DNA of 64,000 nucleotides from a virus: IMG/VR virus record IMGVR_UViG_3300037487_000581, positions 4,993-68,992 of that record; one strand, 5' to 3'. Within the stretch, counting starts at the first letter, position 1. Every line of letters begins with the position of its first letter. The translations under genes were made by a program, and so were the position numbers. The notes under the pieces were generated by a model, which saw only the letters and a list, made by a program, of their open reading frames with translations, ran no database searches and was not told where the DNA came from. Positions 26,330 through 36,056 of the stretch are shown piece after piece.

Positions 26330-26826
26330 TTGCTTATCACCGTTGTTTTCACAACGGAAGCTCCGAACAATTCCAAATCAAATTCCAAACCTTTTGTAAT
26401 GCGCTCTTTAACAAAGGCTTTAAGAGTCTGCGGGTGGATGGTAGACTTTACGTCAGCAACCACTCCCGCTTCTGTTAACATATCAAGAACTTTTTGAGCT
26501 TCTTGGTCTTCACCTTTGCCAAAGTTTGCCGCTACAACGGTTTTAATAATACCATCAAGACCACTCTGGCGCAACCATTCAAAGCAAACATACAGGTTAG
26601 CTTCTGGAATTGAAGCGAAGTACGCGTCTTTGATCGACACCTTGTAACCGTTGTCCAAAGTAAATGATTCAATGCCCATTTCAGCCATCATGTTCGGCAC
26701 GATTTCTTGTGACTGCTTGCGTTGTTTCTCTTTCTCAATCTTCAACGACTTTTCAAGTTCTTCAATCGTTTGCTCCATCGTTTGCTGGAGCTTTGCCGCT
26801 ACAATCAAATCTTTTAACTGGATCAT
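26326..26826 (-). CDS. Conserved phage replication-module protein
   Basis: P..M.E.G......L.NG, F.WLR..G...IIK and IHPQTLKAFVKE motifs, typical of the gene upstream of this SSB type. Confidence 0.75.
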   Translation of the reverse strand: MIQLKDLIVAAKLQQTMEQTIEELEKSLKIEKEKQRKQSQEIVPNMMAEMGIESFTLDNGYKVSIKDAYFASIPEANLYVCFEWLRQSGLDGIIKTVVAANFGKGEDQEAQKVLDMLTEAGVVADVKSTIHPQTLKAFVKERITKGLEFDLELFGASVVKTTVISK

Positions 26827-26969
26827 TCTGTATCTCCAATATTTAAGATGTGGAGTGCAAGAATGACTTTTATAACTTCTTCAACTGAAACACCTGCGCT
26901 ATTTGCAATATCTTGCAAAGTAGAATATGCAGATTGTTCGAGTTTCAAATCAACGAGTTCATAATCCAT
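26823..26969 (-). CDS. 48-aa ribbon-helix-helix-like protein (not in ORF track)
   Basis: LVDLKLEQSAYSTLQDIANSAGVSVEEVIKVIL fits a strand-helix-G.S-helix pattern; ATGA overlap. Confidence 0.5.
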   Translation of the reverse strand: MDYELVDLKLEQSAYSTLQDIANSAGVSVEEVIKVILALHILNIGDTE

Positions 26970-26984
26970 ATTTCACCTATAAAA

Positions 26985-27332
26985 TTAATCTACCGCTTGA
27001 CCCCATGCCTGAACAGTGATCGGCAAATACTTCCGTTGCCGTTTGTCCCATTTAAGGATCTTAAAAGAACCACTGTTGATGTCGGCTGCAACAGCGCAAA
27101 CAGTACCGATCATAACAGGGTCACCTACCGGAAGGATATAGTCATCATCACAAAAATCCTTAAGATCATTGCGAAGTTGACGCACCATCGGTACACTTAG
27201 AAACATTGACTGGTTATGCTTAGTCAATATCTCGATTTCACCATACTCCATCGCAGGAGTAATGTCAAACATTGGAGTCGCCTTACCCTCTCGATATGTT
27301 AGCGGTTCGGTGACGCAGAAAACTTTACTCAT
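26985..27332 (-). CDS. Conserved hypothetical protein
   Basis: A.EYG, DDYILPVGDP and LKWD....Y motifs; TAATG overlap with helicase. Confidence 0.75.
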   Translation of the reverse strand: MSKVFCVTEPLTYREGKATPMFDITPAMEYGEIEILTKHNQSMFLSVPMVRQLRNDLKDFCDDDYILPVGDPVMIGTVCAVAADINSGSFKILKWDKRQRKYLPITVQAWGQAVD

Positions 27333-28783
27333 TACAACCTCATCGTTTGCACTGAGATATCTTTCTTGTCTCTCAGTATTTTAACTATCTTTTCATCCAT
27401 TGTGTTCTCAGCAATAATATCTAAACAAACAACAGATTCAGTTTGTCCAATACGATGCTGACGATCCTCACTTTGTACTCTATTGCGGTAACTGAAGTCG
27501 TTCGAGTAATAAATTGCCAAATGACTATTGGTCAAATTCAACCCGACACCACCTGTTGCCGTATTGCTTACAAGGTAACGCACTTTACCGTCTTTGTAAA
27601 GCTGCATTTTGGCCTCTCGGTCAGTTGTGGCACCGTAATAGGTGATACACTCGTCGCCAAGAATCTTTTCAATCATTCGTATTTCATCAGTAAAGCGACA
27701 CCAAATAATAGCTTGACCAACGTGGTTATCAAGAGCAGTCAACAATGCCTGGATACGAGGATTGTCCTTTGGATCTTTAAATAATGGTATAAGTCCTTCG
27801 GTTGTATCGCCAGGAAGAAATCCTGCCAAAACTTGTTGTAGACGTAACAATAACGTCAATTTATGAACCACGGTAACTGAATCATCTTCAAGTTGAACCT
27901 TTGATTCTTTTACCAATTTATCATATATTTGACGTTGTTTCTTTTCAAGGTCATAATAGATGGATTCGTAAATCTTATCAGGCAAATCAGAGTGATCAGC
28001 TTTCTTACGTACAACACAATAAGGACGGATCACATCTTGCAACTTGTCAAGATTCTTCCACATCGGTTTACCTTCTTTATCTTTCTCAACCAATGTTGGA
28101 ACCCAACGAGCACCTTTCGCCATGATAGCCAAAACAGTCGGATGGGTGGGAGGTAGGATGTTGGCGTAGGTGTGTTTGAAACTGGTGAAACTTTGACCAA
28201 ATATATCAGTGTCAAGGAACGTGAACTGCGAGTACAAATCAAAAACACTATTGTTGATCGGTGTACCTGTCAATATGCGTTTGTATGCCGCTTTGTCACC
28301 TAATTTGAGCAATGTCTCAGTGCGTTTGGCAGAGGGATTCTTGATAGTGTCAGACTCGTCGATCACCAATAAACAATCAGACGCGTTTAGAAAACGCTTC
28401 AAGAACAATTCTGCTGCTGAGTTCTTACGTGACAGCGACTCGATATTCATGCACAACAAACGAAGTTGTGGTCCTGGTGCGAATAATCGTTCGCATTCAT
28501 CAATTGACTTTTGATTACCAGATTTCCAAACACCAACGCGATAGTCCATACCATCAGGCATATCGTTGGGAAAGTCCTCACGCGCCCATTTGGTATGTAT
28601 GCCATTGGGTGCAATGATTACAACCGCGTTGATCTTGCCTTTGGAATACAAGTAAATCGCTGTATCGTTCGTTACTTTGGATTTACCTAGACCCATTTCG
28701 TATAGAATGGCAAATTGGCGCAGATCTTTTGTGCGTTCAAAATCTTCTAACTGGTAATCACGTGGTTTTCTTTTGAATATCAT
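27332..28783 (-). CDS. SNF2-family SF2 helicase
   Basis: EMGLGKS, IDES, LTGTP, G.GLNLT and QSEDR.HRIGQ motifs. Confidence 0.95.
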   Translation of the reverse strand: MIFKRKPRDYQLEDFERTKDLRQFAILYEMGLGKSKVTNDTAIYLYSKGKINAVVIIAPNGIHTKWAREDFPNDMPDGMDYRVGVWKSGNQKSIDECERLFAPGPQLRLLCMNIESLSRKNSAAELFLKRFLNASDCLLVIDESDTIKNPSAKRTETLLKLGDKAAYKRILTGTPINNSVFDLYSQFTFLDTDIFGQSFTSFKHTYANILPPTHPTVLAIMAKGARWVPTLVEKDKEGKPMWKNLDKLQDVIRPYCVVRKKADHSDLPDKIYESIYYDLEKKQRQIYDKLVKESKVQLEDDSVTVVHKLTLLLRLQQVLAGFLPGDTTEGLIPLFKDPKDNPRIQALLTALDNHVGQAIIWCRFTDEIRMIEKILGDECITYYGATTDREAKMQLYKDGKVRYLVSNTATGGVGLNLTNSHLAIYYSNDFSYRNRVQSEDRQHRIGQTESVVCLDIIAENTMDEKIVKILRDKKDISVQTMRL

Positions 28784-28973
28784 TTACAGTCCTTTTTGTC
28801 TTACCCTTGATTTGCCAAGGTTCAACGTAAACACAAACAACTTCCCTATCATTAACTTGTGAAGCAACCAAAGCCAACCTTTGGTCTTCACAACGCGGTG
28901 GCGTTTGAACAACGGATTGTTGACCAAAGTAGTAACAAATCCAACCAACGAAAATTAACAATAACCATTTCAT
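28758..28973 (-). CDS. Small membrane-anchored protein
   Basis: MKWLLLIFVGWICYYFG hydrophobic N-terminus after the ATAGGGG SD. Confidence 0.55.
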   Translation of the reverse strand: MKWLLLIFVGWICYYFGQQSVVQTPPRCEDQRLALVASQVNDREVVCVYVEPWQIKGKTKRTVNDIQKKTT

Positions 28974-28995
28974 ATATGCCCCTATAAACACAGCC

Positions 28996-29024
28996 ATTTT
29001 GGCACAAACCAATGGTCACAGCAA
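28996..29024 (-). promoter_or_regulatory. Promoter of the replication module
   Basis: TTGCTG-N17-CAAAAT with TGn extension, followed by TATAGGGG SD. Confidence 0.5.
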
Positions 29025-29451
29025 CCGCCACCATAGGTCTCATTTTATCAAGAAATATTTCAATAAAATTGCCAACACGTCCCCCCTAGACAACGTATAA
29101 ACTCGTCCTTAAGACGTCATGACGAATTTGTAAATAATAACCATTATCATCTATAATAACCCGCATGTTTAATAACATGGTCTTACCTACTTTATAATTA
29201 ATAAACAATAAGTGTTGCAGCAAATTTTATTTTGCACTCTCTCGACCGCTAATATTGTAACTGTTTAATTAAATAATAATTTACCCTATATGGCGCTCAA
29301 ACAGTGTTACTGTTTAGTTGCCGAGTTTGCTGTACTGTGCCGCTAAACATACCTGCCAAAAGCCTAGCATAAACCCCATTTTAAACGCGTCTGGACGCTG
29401 TTTTGTTAATGCTCAACCTATAGGGTGGGGTTACCCTATGGGCCTGTTTGC

Positions 29452-31236
29452 TCATTGCTGGTTAAACCTACCGGGGTTCCTGAAAGAATCCTGAGTTTGA
29501 ACGCCCATTCCTTTATCATCCTCATCAGAGCTACCGCCAAGTTCTTTTATCAAGGCTATGACACTAGCTAACTCAGGGCCAGACTCCCTCGCGCTACCGA
29601 TACCAAAACGACCTAACGCTGAAGTCATTTCAGGAACAGCGTTACCGAAATAAGCATTTTTTCCAAAACGTGTACCAGACAACATGGCGGTTGGAGCAAC
29701 GACTGCGGCTAACATCTCTTGTAGACCTGCTGCGGTCAATGAACTTGAATGAGTTAGACCTTCATCAACCTTGCCCAAGGCCGCACCGTGACGATTCATT
29801 GTTGAAATTGCATCAACGACATTTGAAGCATCGTATGGGCCATATTCGCTTAGATATTGACGAACCAAATCTACCTTGTCGGTATCCGGATTAGTCACTA
29901 TTCTTGCTGTATCAGGTGCACCGTGTTTGGCAACTTGTTTAAGATCGTAAACAATATCTGATTCCTTCCAAGGAAGTACCATTTCTTTCCATTGTTTATT
30001 CGCATCATCAAACAGTTGTTTTCCTTGACCAACAGACTTATAACCGCCCCACGTATTCAAGTCATCGGATGTACCATCCAACAACTTGGCGAAACGACGA
30101 GGTAGATTTCTATCCGCCATCTTGGTTGAACCAGGAACAGGAGTTGAGATCGCTTTAATTGAAGGAGTCAAACCACCTAAAGATTTACGAAGTTCGTGAT
30201 ATTGTAAAACAGGAATCGATTTCAATTTATTCATCGGTGTATCTACAATGAATTGCAATTGATCGCGAACAACTTGGTCAGGAATCTTATCTACAAAACT
30301 AGGATCGTGACGCAATATTTCTGTCAAAGACGTCTTCAATCCATTCGGGCGTAAACCTGGAAGAGCTGGATTAGAAGAAACAAAATCTTCAAATGGTTTC
30401 CAAATTTCGTTAGAAGCATTGTTCATTGCTTTATTAGTTTCATTGACCGCTTCTGTTACCGCATTTGTACCTTTGACTTTATCGGGTACTATCAAACGAC
30501 GCAGTTTCTCTTTCTCACGGGAAAACGCGCTTGCTCCAGTCGGTAAATGAGAATGCAAGTTCTCAGCCATACCCATGAGCGTTGCGGTCTTATCGAGATC
30601 TCCAACACGCGGGCTAAGACCCATTCCGGTCAATTTTTCATTGAGATCTCTTGCAGAACCCTTTGTTCCCCAGTTACCCATATAACCTTTGACAGGTTTT
30701 ATCAATGCTTCCATTCCAGCAGAACCCAATCCCGCCCCTATGGCTCCGGTAGCACCGGCAAGACCTCTATCGGCAGCAGAGCCTTCAGTTGTTCCTGCTT
30801 CATAAGCACCGGCGATACCAGCATTTACCCCCGCTCTACCAAGAAGCGTTGCTGCTCTACTTGCGGGTAAAGCTAATCCCGGCGCAACCTCTCCAATAAA
30901 TTGCCCCGTTTTGGCATACCCTGAAACAGGTGACAATTTGTTTGCGATACCATCGTTCCAATACTTGTCGTTTTGTTTACCTTCTTCCCGCATTTGTTGG
31001 CGAGCATTCTTTGAATAATCATTACCCAACAATTCACCGCCAGCCAATACAAGATCTTTTACCCCACGATAGGCTCTATTCAACCCACGACCCGTTCCGA
31101 TTCGTAACGCTTGAATTGGATCAATATCTTTGGCATAGTCAGGTAATTTGAATGAATCTTCTGATACAAAAGAAGGTTCTTCGAAATTATCTTTCTCAGG
31201 AGTATAAACCATAGAAGGTTCAACAAAGTCGCTCAT
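29452..31236 (-). CDS. Internal virion / DNA ejection protein
   Basis: 594 aa; Gly/Ala-rich amphipathic segment; last gene of the virion block. Confidence 0.6.
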   Translation of the reverse strand: MSDFVEPSMVYTPEKDNFEEPSFVSEDSFKLPDYAKDIDPIQALRIGTGRGLNRAYRGVKDLVLAGGELLGNDYSKNARQQMREEGKQNDKYWNDGIANKLSPVSGYAKTGQFIGEVAPGLALPASRAATLLGRAGVNAGIAGAYEAGTTEGSAADRGLAGATGAIGAGLGSAGMEALIKPVKGYMGNWGTKGSARDLNEKLTGMGLSPRVGDLDKTATLMGMAENLHSHLPTGASAFSREKEKLRRLIVPDKVKGTNAVTEAVNETNKAMNNASNEIWKPFEDFVSSNPALPGLRPNGLKTSLTEILRHDPSFVDKIPDQVVRDQLQFIVDTPMNKLKSIPVLQYHELRKSLGGLTPSIKAISTPVPGSTKMADRNLPRRFAKLLDGTSDDLNTWGGYKSVGQGKQLFDDANKQWKEMVLPWKESDIVYDLKQVAKHGAPDTARIVTNPDTDKVDLVRQYLSEYGPYDASNVVDAISTMNRHGAALGKVDEGLTHSSSLTAAGLQEMLAAVVAPTAMLSGTRFGKNAYFGNAVPEMTSALGRFGIGSARESGPELASVIALIKELGGSSDEDDKGMGVQTQDSFRNPGRFNQQ

Positions 31237-31238
31237 GA

Positions 31239-32822
31239 CTACCTCTTTAGCAATTTGTCAGGGTCTGCCAAGTTTTTAACGCTGTTGTCGGCATAAGATT
31301 TCCAACGAGCATCGATGTCTTTTGGTAAATTTCCACCATTGGCTATTCTAGCACGTTCAATCCAAGATTGCTTATCTTCAACGTCAAATGCCCAATTACC
31401 AGTTGGCAATAAACGATACTTCAAAGCATGAGTCGGTGTTGTATCACGTTTATAACCTTGGAAAGTGTTGCCTTTTGAATCATAGAAATTAATCTTCTCA
31501 TTAATGACATCGCCCATTGTAGCGTTGGCAAGTTTCATGAGAGCCATTACTTTCAAGTTACCTTGAGGAGTGTTGCGAAGATCACCAACAGACTTTTGAG
31601 TAACAATCAAGTCAAGGTTAGATACGGCTGTGCCTGCACCCAACGCCTTGATCTTATCACGGACAAGTTCCATCATCTTAGAATAATATGCCGAGTCATT
31701 ACCGGCATATTGTGCCAAAGATGAATTTGGATCAAGGTAGTTCATGTAACCACCGATCTTATTCAGTGCTTCATGGGCAGCCCCTGAATTCAATTTATCG
31801 GATTCTAACAAACCTTCCATCGAAGCGATTTGCTGGTTAGCGTTTGCGAATGAATCTAATCTTGTCTTGTAATCTTCATAAACTTTGTACTCACCTTCAC
31901 CCATTGACTTTTCATTGGCAAGTTGTTGAGGAGTTCTTAATTGAACGGATGCTGTTTTTGGCTGAACTGTTGTTGGAGCGATATTTTCCGCAATGGTGGG
32001 GGCAGAAGTCTTTAGCCAATTGTCAAAAGCCGGTACATCTTCAGGGGACATACTCTTACGAACGTACTCGATATACTTTGGATCTTTGAACTTAGCCAAT
32101 TGATCTGGTGTAAATTTAAAATCATGCTCAACTTTCTTAGCTTCCGACACTTTTTGTTCACCTGGACGAGTCCAAGCGCCATCAGAAGGAACCGGGTCTG
32201 GGCTGCCAATGCGAACCTTGTTTTTAGCCATTGCTTTTTGAAAAGTAGATTCTGTTTGTTCAGTAACCCACTGCAAACGAGATTGATCATCGGGGAATTT
32301 CAAACGATCATTCATCGACTGTGTTACGAAATGGTCAAATATCTTACCGTACAATGGTGAATTTGACTCATTACGATATAATTCTTCAACTGTGTTGGTA
32401 TTCGGATCGTAACCAACCAAGGCGTTACCGATCACTTTAGCATCGGCCTTCCAACCAGTTTGACCTGCTTTAGTGGTCTTCATCTGATCCAACACCTTGG
32501 CACGAAGATCATTGATCTCCTTGCGATCGGTATCCAAATAAGTACCGATCATCTTTTGGTCAATGAACGGGTCAGTCTCTTGACGAGTTTGGTAAGCGTC
32601 CATCGCCTTCTGATAACCCTCAGCGGCACTGGTTCCATTTTGCAAGTAACCGGAAGCCGCTCCCAACAATCCAGTTACCTCAGGTGAGAAACGCTTCGAA
32701 CGCATTTCTTGATTACGAGAAACGGTTTCACCCAATAGGTTTTTAATAGCCATCGCTGCCTCGGCTTCTGATACACCGAGCCGCTGGTACTCTTCCATCA
32801 AGAAGTCCATTTGGTTAGGCAT
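31239..32822 (-). CDS. Internal virion / DNA ejection protein
   Basis: 527 aa, helical; LGAG.AVSN.D motif typical of podovirus DNA-transfer proteins. Confidence 0.6.
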   Translation of the reverse strand: MPNQMDFLMEEYQRLGVSEAEAAMAIKNLLGETVSRNQEMRSKRFSPEVTGLLGAASGYLQNGTSAAEGYQKAMDAYQTRQETDPFIDQKMIGTYLDTDRKEINDLRAKVLDQMKTTKAGQTGWKADAKVIGNALVGYDPNTNTVEELYRNESNSPLYGKIFDHFVTQSMNDRLKFPDDQSRLQWVTEQTESTFQKAMAKNKVRIGSPDPVPSDGAWTRPGEQKVSEAKKVEHDFKFTPDQLAKFKDPKYIEYVRKSMSPEDVPAFDNWLKTSAPTIAENIAPTTVQPKTASVQLRTPQQLANEKSMGEGEYKVYEDYKTRLDSFANANQQIASMEGLLESDKLNSGAAHEALNKIGGYMNYLDPNSSLAQYAGNDSAYYSKMMELVRDKIKALGAGTAVSNLDLIVTQKSVGDLRNTPQGNLKVMALMKLANATMGDVINEKINFYDSKGNTFQGYKRDTTPTHALKYRLLPTGNWAFDVEDKQSWIERARIANGGNLPKDIDARWKSYADNSVKNLADPDKLLKR

Positions 32823-33697
32823 TATACAGTGACCCCACTCTGACTTGTATAGTTTGAAGAACTATTGCTCTGACTCATTGATTGATTTTGGTTAGGAACC
32901 AAACGGCCAAGGGAAGCATTGTAAGCCTGAGAAAGAGCGCCGTAATTTTCAAGCGGGAATGTATAGTTCTCAGTCCACTGCGCTTTCTGTGCATCCAACG
33001 CGGCTTGTTGTGCAGCTTGATCTTGTTGACCTAAGTTCATTCCAGTGTTCAAACCAGTAATACCATACTGACCCATGTTCTGAGCAAGTGTGCCCATGTT
33101 CTGAGCGTTTTGAGTACCCAATTGACCCCAATTTAGGTAGTCAGTAGCAGCTTGACCATAAGCATTATTCATCATAGTCGCACCGCTATTGTTGATTGAG
33201 TCTTGATTATCTCTCAACGCGCGGTTAGTGAAGTCAGCATTACGGGTTGAGCCAAATTGACCATTTCCGGCGAACGTACTATTGACTTGCGGCAACACAT
33301 TTTCCATTAGATTACGATTAGACATAGTCGTCATCGTATTTAACGCCCCTGTCAAATAGGGGTTCATGTGTTGCATCATTTCTTGTTCATTCCAGACGCC
33401 CGCATTGGACATCTGTTGACCAGCCTGACCCATCAAACCAGCACCCTGACCATATAGCGGTGAGCTCTGATCAAGATAACCCTGCCCCTGCCCCAACCCT
33501 GCTTGCTGGAGTGGGCTTAAACCAGCGACACGGTTTCCCTGATAACCTTGTGTCGGCAAACCCGCCAAAGACTTATCAAAATAGTTGCTAGATTTCTGCC
33601 CACTATTCAAATACCAACTTGGTAGATTTGAACTAGAAGAAGATGAAGAGCTTCCAGAAGAACTGTTGTATCCAAAATTGTCAGTTATGCCGGTCAT
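32822..33697 (-). CDS. Internal virion (pilot-like) protein, Gln/Gly/Asn-rich
   Basis: YQG.RVAGLSP.QQ, MNPY and G.FGS.R motifs. Confidence 0.65.
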   Translation of the reverse strand: MTGITDNFGYNSSSGSSSSSSSSNLPSWYLNSGQKSSNYFDKSLAGLPTQGYQGNRVAGLSPLQQAGLGQGQGYLDQSSPLYGQGAGLMGQAGQQMSNAGVWNEQEMMQHMNPYLTGALNTMTTMSNRNLMENVLPQVNSTFAGNGQFGSTRNADFTNRALRDNQDSINNSGATMMNNAYGQAATDYLNWGQLGTQNAQNMGTLAQNMGQYGITGLNTGMNLGQQDQAAQQAALDAQKAQWTENYTFPLENYGALSQAYNASLGRLVPNQNQSMSQSNSSSNYTSQSGVTV

Positions 33698-33701
33698 TTG
33701 A

Positions 33702-34544
33702 TTACCCCTGTCCGTAGCTAGCTAGGTATTGTTGATATGCCGCCGCCTGAGCCGGTGGAGCGCCTTGTGGAACAGCGTAAGGGTTTGTTACGACAGGAGG
33801 TTGACTAACTGCGACTGTATTCAAAGCACCTTGATTTGGTTTCAAATAATTATACATTTGATCTTGATCACGCATACCGATCAAATCGCTAGCATAACCC
33901 TTGAAATCGCCCTCGTATCCAAGTAAATCATTAATGTACCCTTTTCTACCTTCGGCTTGTGAAGCACGTAATGCTTGCAAACCACCGGTATCGATACCAT
34001 CTTTACCAAGAATCGCCATTTCGCGCTCTTGGTTATAAGGTTGCGTTTGCTCCATGTATTGACGCAGCAACAAATTATCCCGAGCACTGGTTGTTTGATC
34101 ACCAGCACCTTTAGTCATATTCGCATAGTTATTAAAGTCACTGGTCTTAAGGGCTCCCTGTGAATTGGCTATACCTTGATGAGCGACTTCTTGATTAAGT
34201 TCGTTATTTTGGGTACTTTGGATAAGGTTGTTACCGATAAGTCCTGCTGATAACAAGGAAGAGATCGTGTCAACAGTTCCAGAAGGAAGACCGAGTCCTT
34301 GAAGTAATTTGGCAATCGCAGACGGACTGTTAGAACCTGTTGCGGTTAGATCTGATCCAATGAAGTCATTTTGGTCTATGACACCATTTGGATCAGTGTA
34401 CCAATTTCCATTGCCATCACTGGACATACCTATAGTCGGGTCTGAACTCCATGGGTCATTGGTCCAATTTTCCTCAGCTCCGAAATCTATCAAACCGTTT
34501 GAGTCCAATATCTGATCAGTCATTTTAACCCCTACTTTGGTCAC
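33702..34544 (-). CDS. Putative internal virion protein
   Basis: 280-aa ORF in the ejection block; start may be MTDQ slightly downstream. Confidence 0.55.
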   Translation of the reverse strand: MTKVGVKMTDQILDSNGLIDFGAEENWTNDPWSSDPTIGMSSDGNGNWYTDPNGVIDQNDFIGSDLTATGSNSPSAIAKLLQGLGLPSGTVDTISSLLSAGLIGNNLIQSTQNNELNQEVAHQGIANSQGALKTSDFNNYANMTKGAGDQTTSARDNLLLRQYMEQTQPYNQEREMAILGKDGIDTGGLQALRASQAEGRKGYINDLLGYEGDFKGYASDLIGMRDQDQMYNYLKPNQGALNTVAVSQPPVVTNPYAVPQGAPPAQAAAYQQYLASYGQG

Positions 34545-36015
34545 TTAACCATTGTGAAAACGTCTTAATCCCAGTATCTCTAATGGAATTCTTATTCGGT
34601 GTATTACCACTAGCCAATGAACCCGCAGAACTAGAAGCGATGCCAGTCAATGCTTTTTGCAGATACGGATTTGTGACACCCATATCGGTCATATTCTGTT
34701 TACCTGAGTTAGAGCCAAGATAACCTTGTGTAGCACCAGAGGCAAATGAAGATACCGGGTTGAATTTGTTACCAGTGATTAACGAACTTAAACCACCACC
34801 TGTCGCACTTGTCAAACCGCCAGTTAATGCGCTATTCGCACCACCTGTGATACCCATCCCTGTTAGAGAGTTACTAACCGTAGGATTTGCCCATTTGGAA
34901 AATCCTCCGCTGAGTGCTCCAGTCAATCCGCCTTTTAGAACGTCACCACCCGTTACTGCTGATCCGAGTGCACCACTCAAACCTCCGGCAACCGCCATAC
35001 CACCCGCACCTAATCCTGCAGCAGTGGCTCCTAATCCCGCACCTGCAGCGGCACTAGATAAACCCATAGCTCCAGCACCAGCGATACCAAACCCACCTGT
35101 GATTGCTCCGAGTGCTATCGATCCAATCAAATCGCCCAGAAAATCAGAAGACTTGGTGTTACCTCGCGTAATATCCCTATATTCCTCACCCAAGGATTCC
35201 CTCATTAGTAACGGAACTAGTTCGGCTCTTATATTGGTTATCTTACCTTTATCATCTCTAGCCACCCACGCTGGATCGTTCATGTACTTTTGAAGTTCCG
35301 GCATGTTGACGTAATCCTGACCCCACTTGCTATGCACGTCAGTAGTAATGCGGTTTAGCTGGTCTTCTCCAGCAAAGTCATAACTACCCTGCCCGGTTTT
35401 GTACCCACCACCTTGACTAACCATGCGGGTCGCTGCTTCCTGCGGGGTCTCCCGATGATACTTTCCATCAGCGATGTATGCGTCTTGCTCATTTGCATTC
35501 CATGTACCGTCGTCATTAGTACCGTCAGCAAGTTTTCTTTTGAATAACTCTGTGCCTTCATCGACATTGCTATACCCTTGTTGTGGCATACCGTTCGGGC
35601 CAAGCAACCGTATCGCATTGGTGTATTGTCCGTTAGCGTCCTTGATGTAATATGCGGTGTTAAAACCAGAGTCATCTACATCAGACAAGTCGTGTGAGTT
35701 CTGGATTAGATCTCCTCCACGCATCCCACCCTGCAAATTAGAGATACCAAAATCCTCGCTGGACATGAACTGGTTCGGGTCAAAAGAAACCATCTTGCCA
35801 GCGTTATCCGTGGCAAATGTGTCTATCGTTGGGAGATAGGTATCCGCTATCTGACCATAGTAATCCTGCAGGAACGGAGTGACCCCCATCATTCCATTTT
35901 CATCAGCAACAAGACCACTACTGTTATAGGTGAAAGTTGGCATCGACAACGGGCCAACGGGTTGAACCGGAGCACTTTGTTGAGACATCCAATCCGAGAA
36001 TGATAGAGCAGCCAT
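34525..36015 (-). CDS. Putative internal virion protein with Gly-rich hydrophobic C-terminal half
   Basis: Long GA/GG-rich putative membrane-inserting segment. Confidence 0.6.
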   Translation of the reverse strand: MAALSFSDWMSQQSAPVQPVGPLSMPTFTYNSSGLVADENGMMGVTPFLQDYYGQIADTYLPTIDTFATDNAGKMVSFDPNQFMSSEDFGISNLQGGMRGGDLIQNSHDLSDVDDSGFNTAYYIKDANGQYTNAIRLLGPNGMPQQGYSNVDEGTELFKRKLADGTNDDGTWNANEQDAYIADGKYHRETPQEAATRMVSQGGGYKTGQGSYDFAGEDQLNRITTDVHSKWGQDYVNMPELQKYMNDPAWVARDDKGKITNIRAELVPLLMRESLGEEYRDITRGNTKSSDFLGDLIGSIALGAITGGFGIAGAGAMGLSSAAAGAGLGATAAGLGAGGMAVAGGLSGALGSAVTGGDVLKGGLTGALSGGFSKWANPTVSNSLTGMGITGGANSALTGGLTSATGGGLSSLITGNKFNPVSSFASGATQGYLGSNSGKQNMTDMGVTNPYLQKALTGIASSSAGSLASGNTPNKNSIRDTGIKTFSQWLSDQSRG

Positions 36016-36021
36016 TGGTTT

Positions 36022-36049
36022 AGTTTACCATAAGGTGAGCAAAGTGCAA
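36022..36049 (-). promoter_or_regulatory. Late-module promoter
   Basis: TTGCAC-N16-TAAACT with TGn; 14 nt TTGCACTTTGCTCA identical to the promoter at 58391-58419. Confidence 0.65.
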
Positions 36050-36056
36050 CGCAGAG

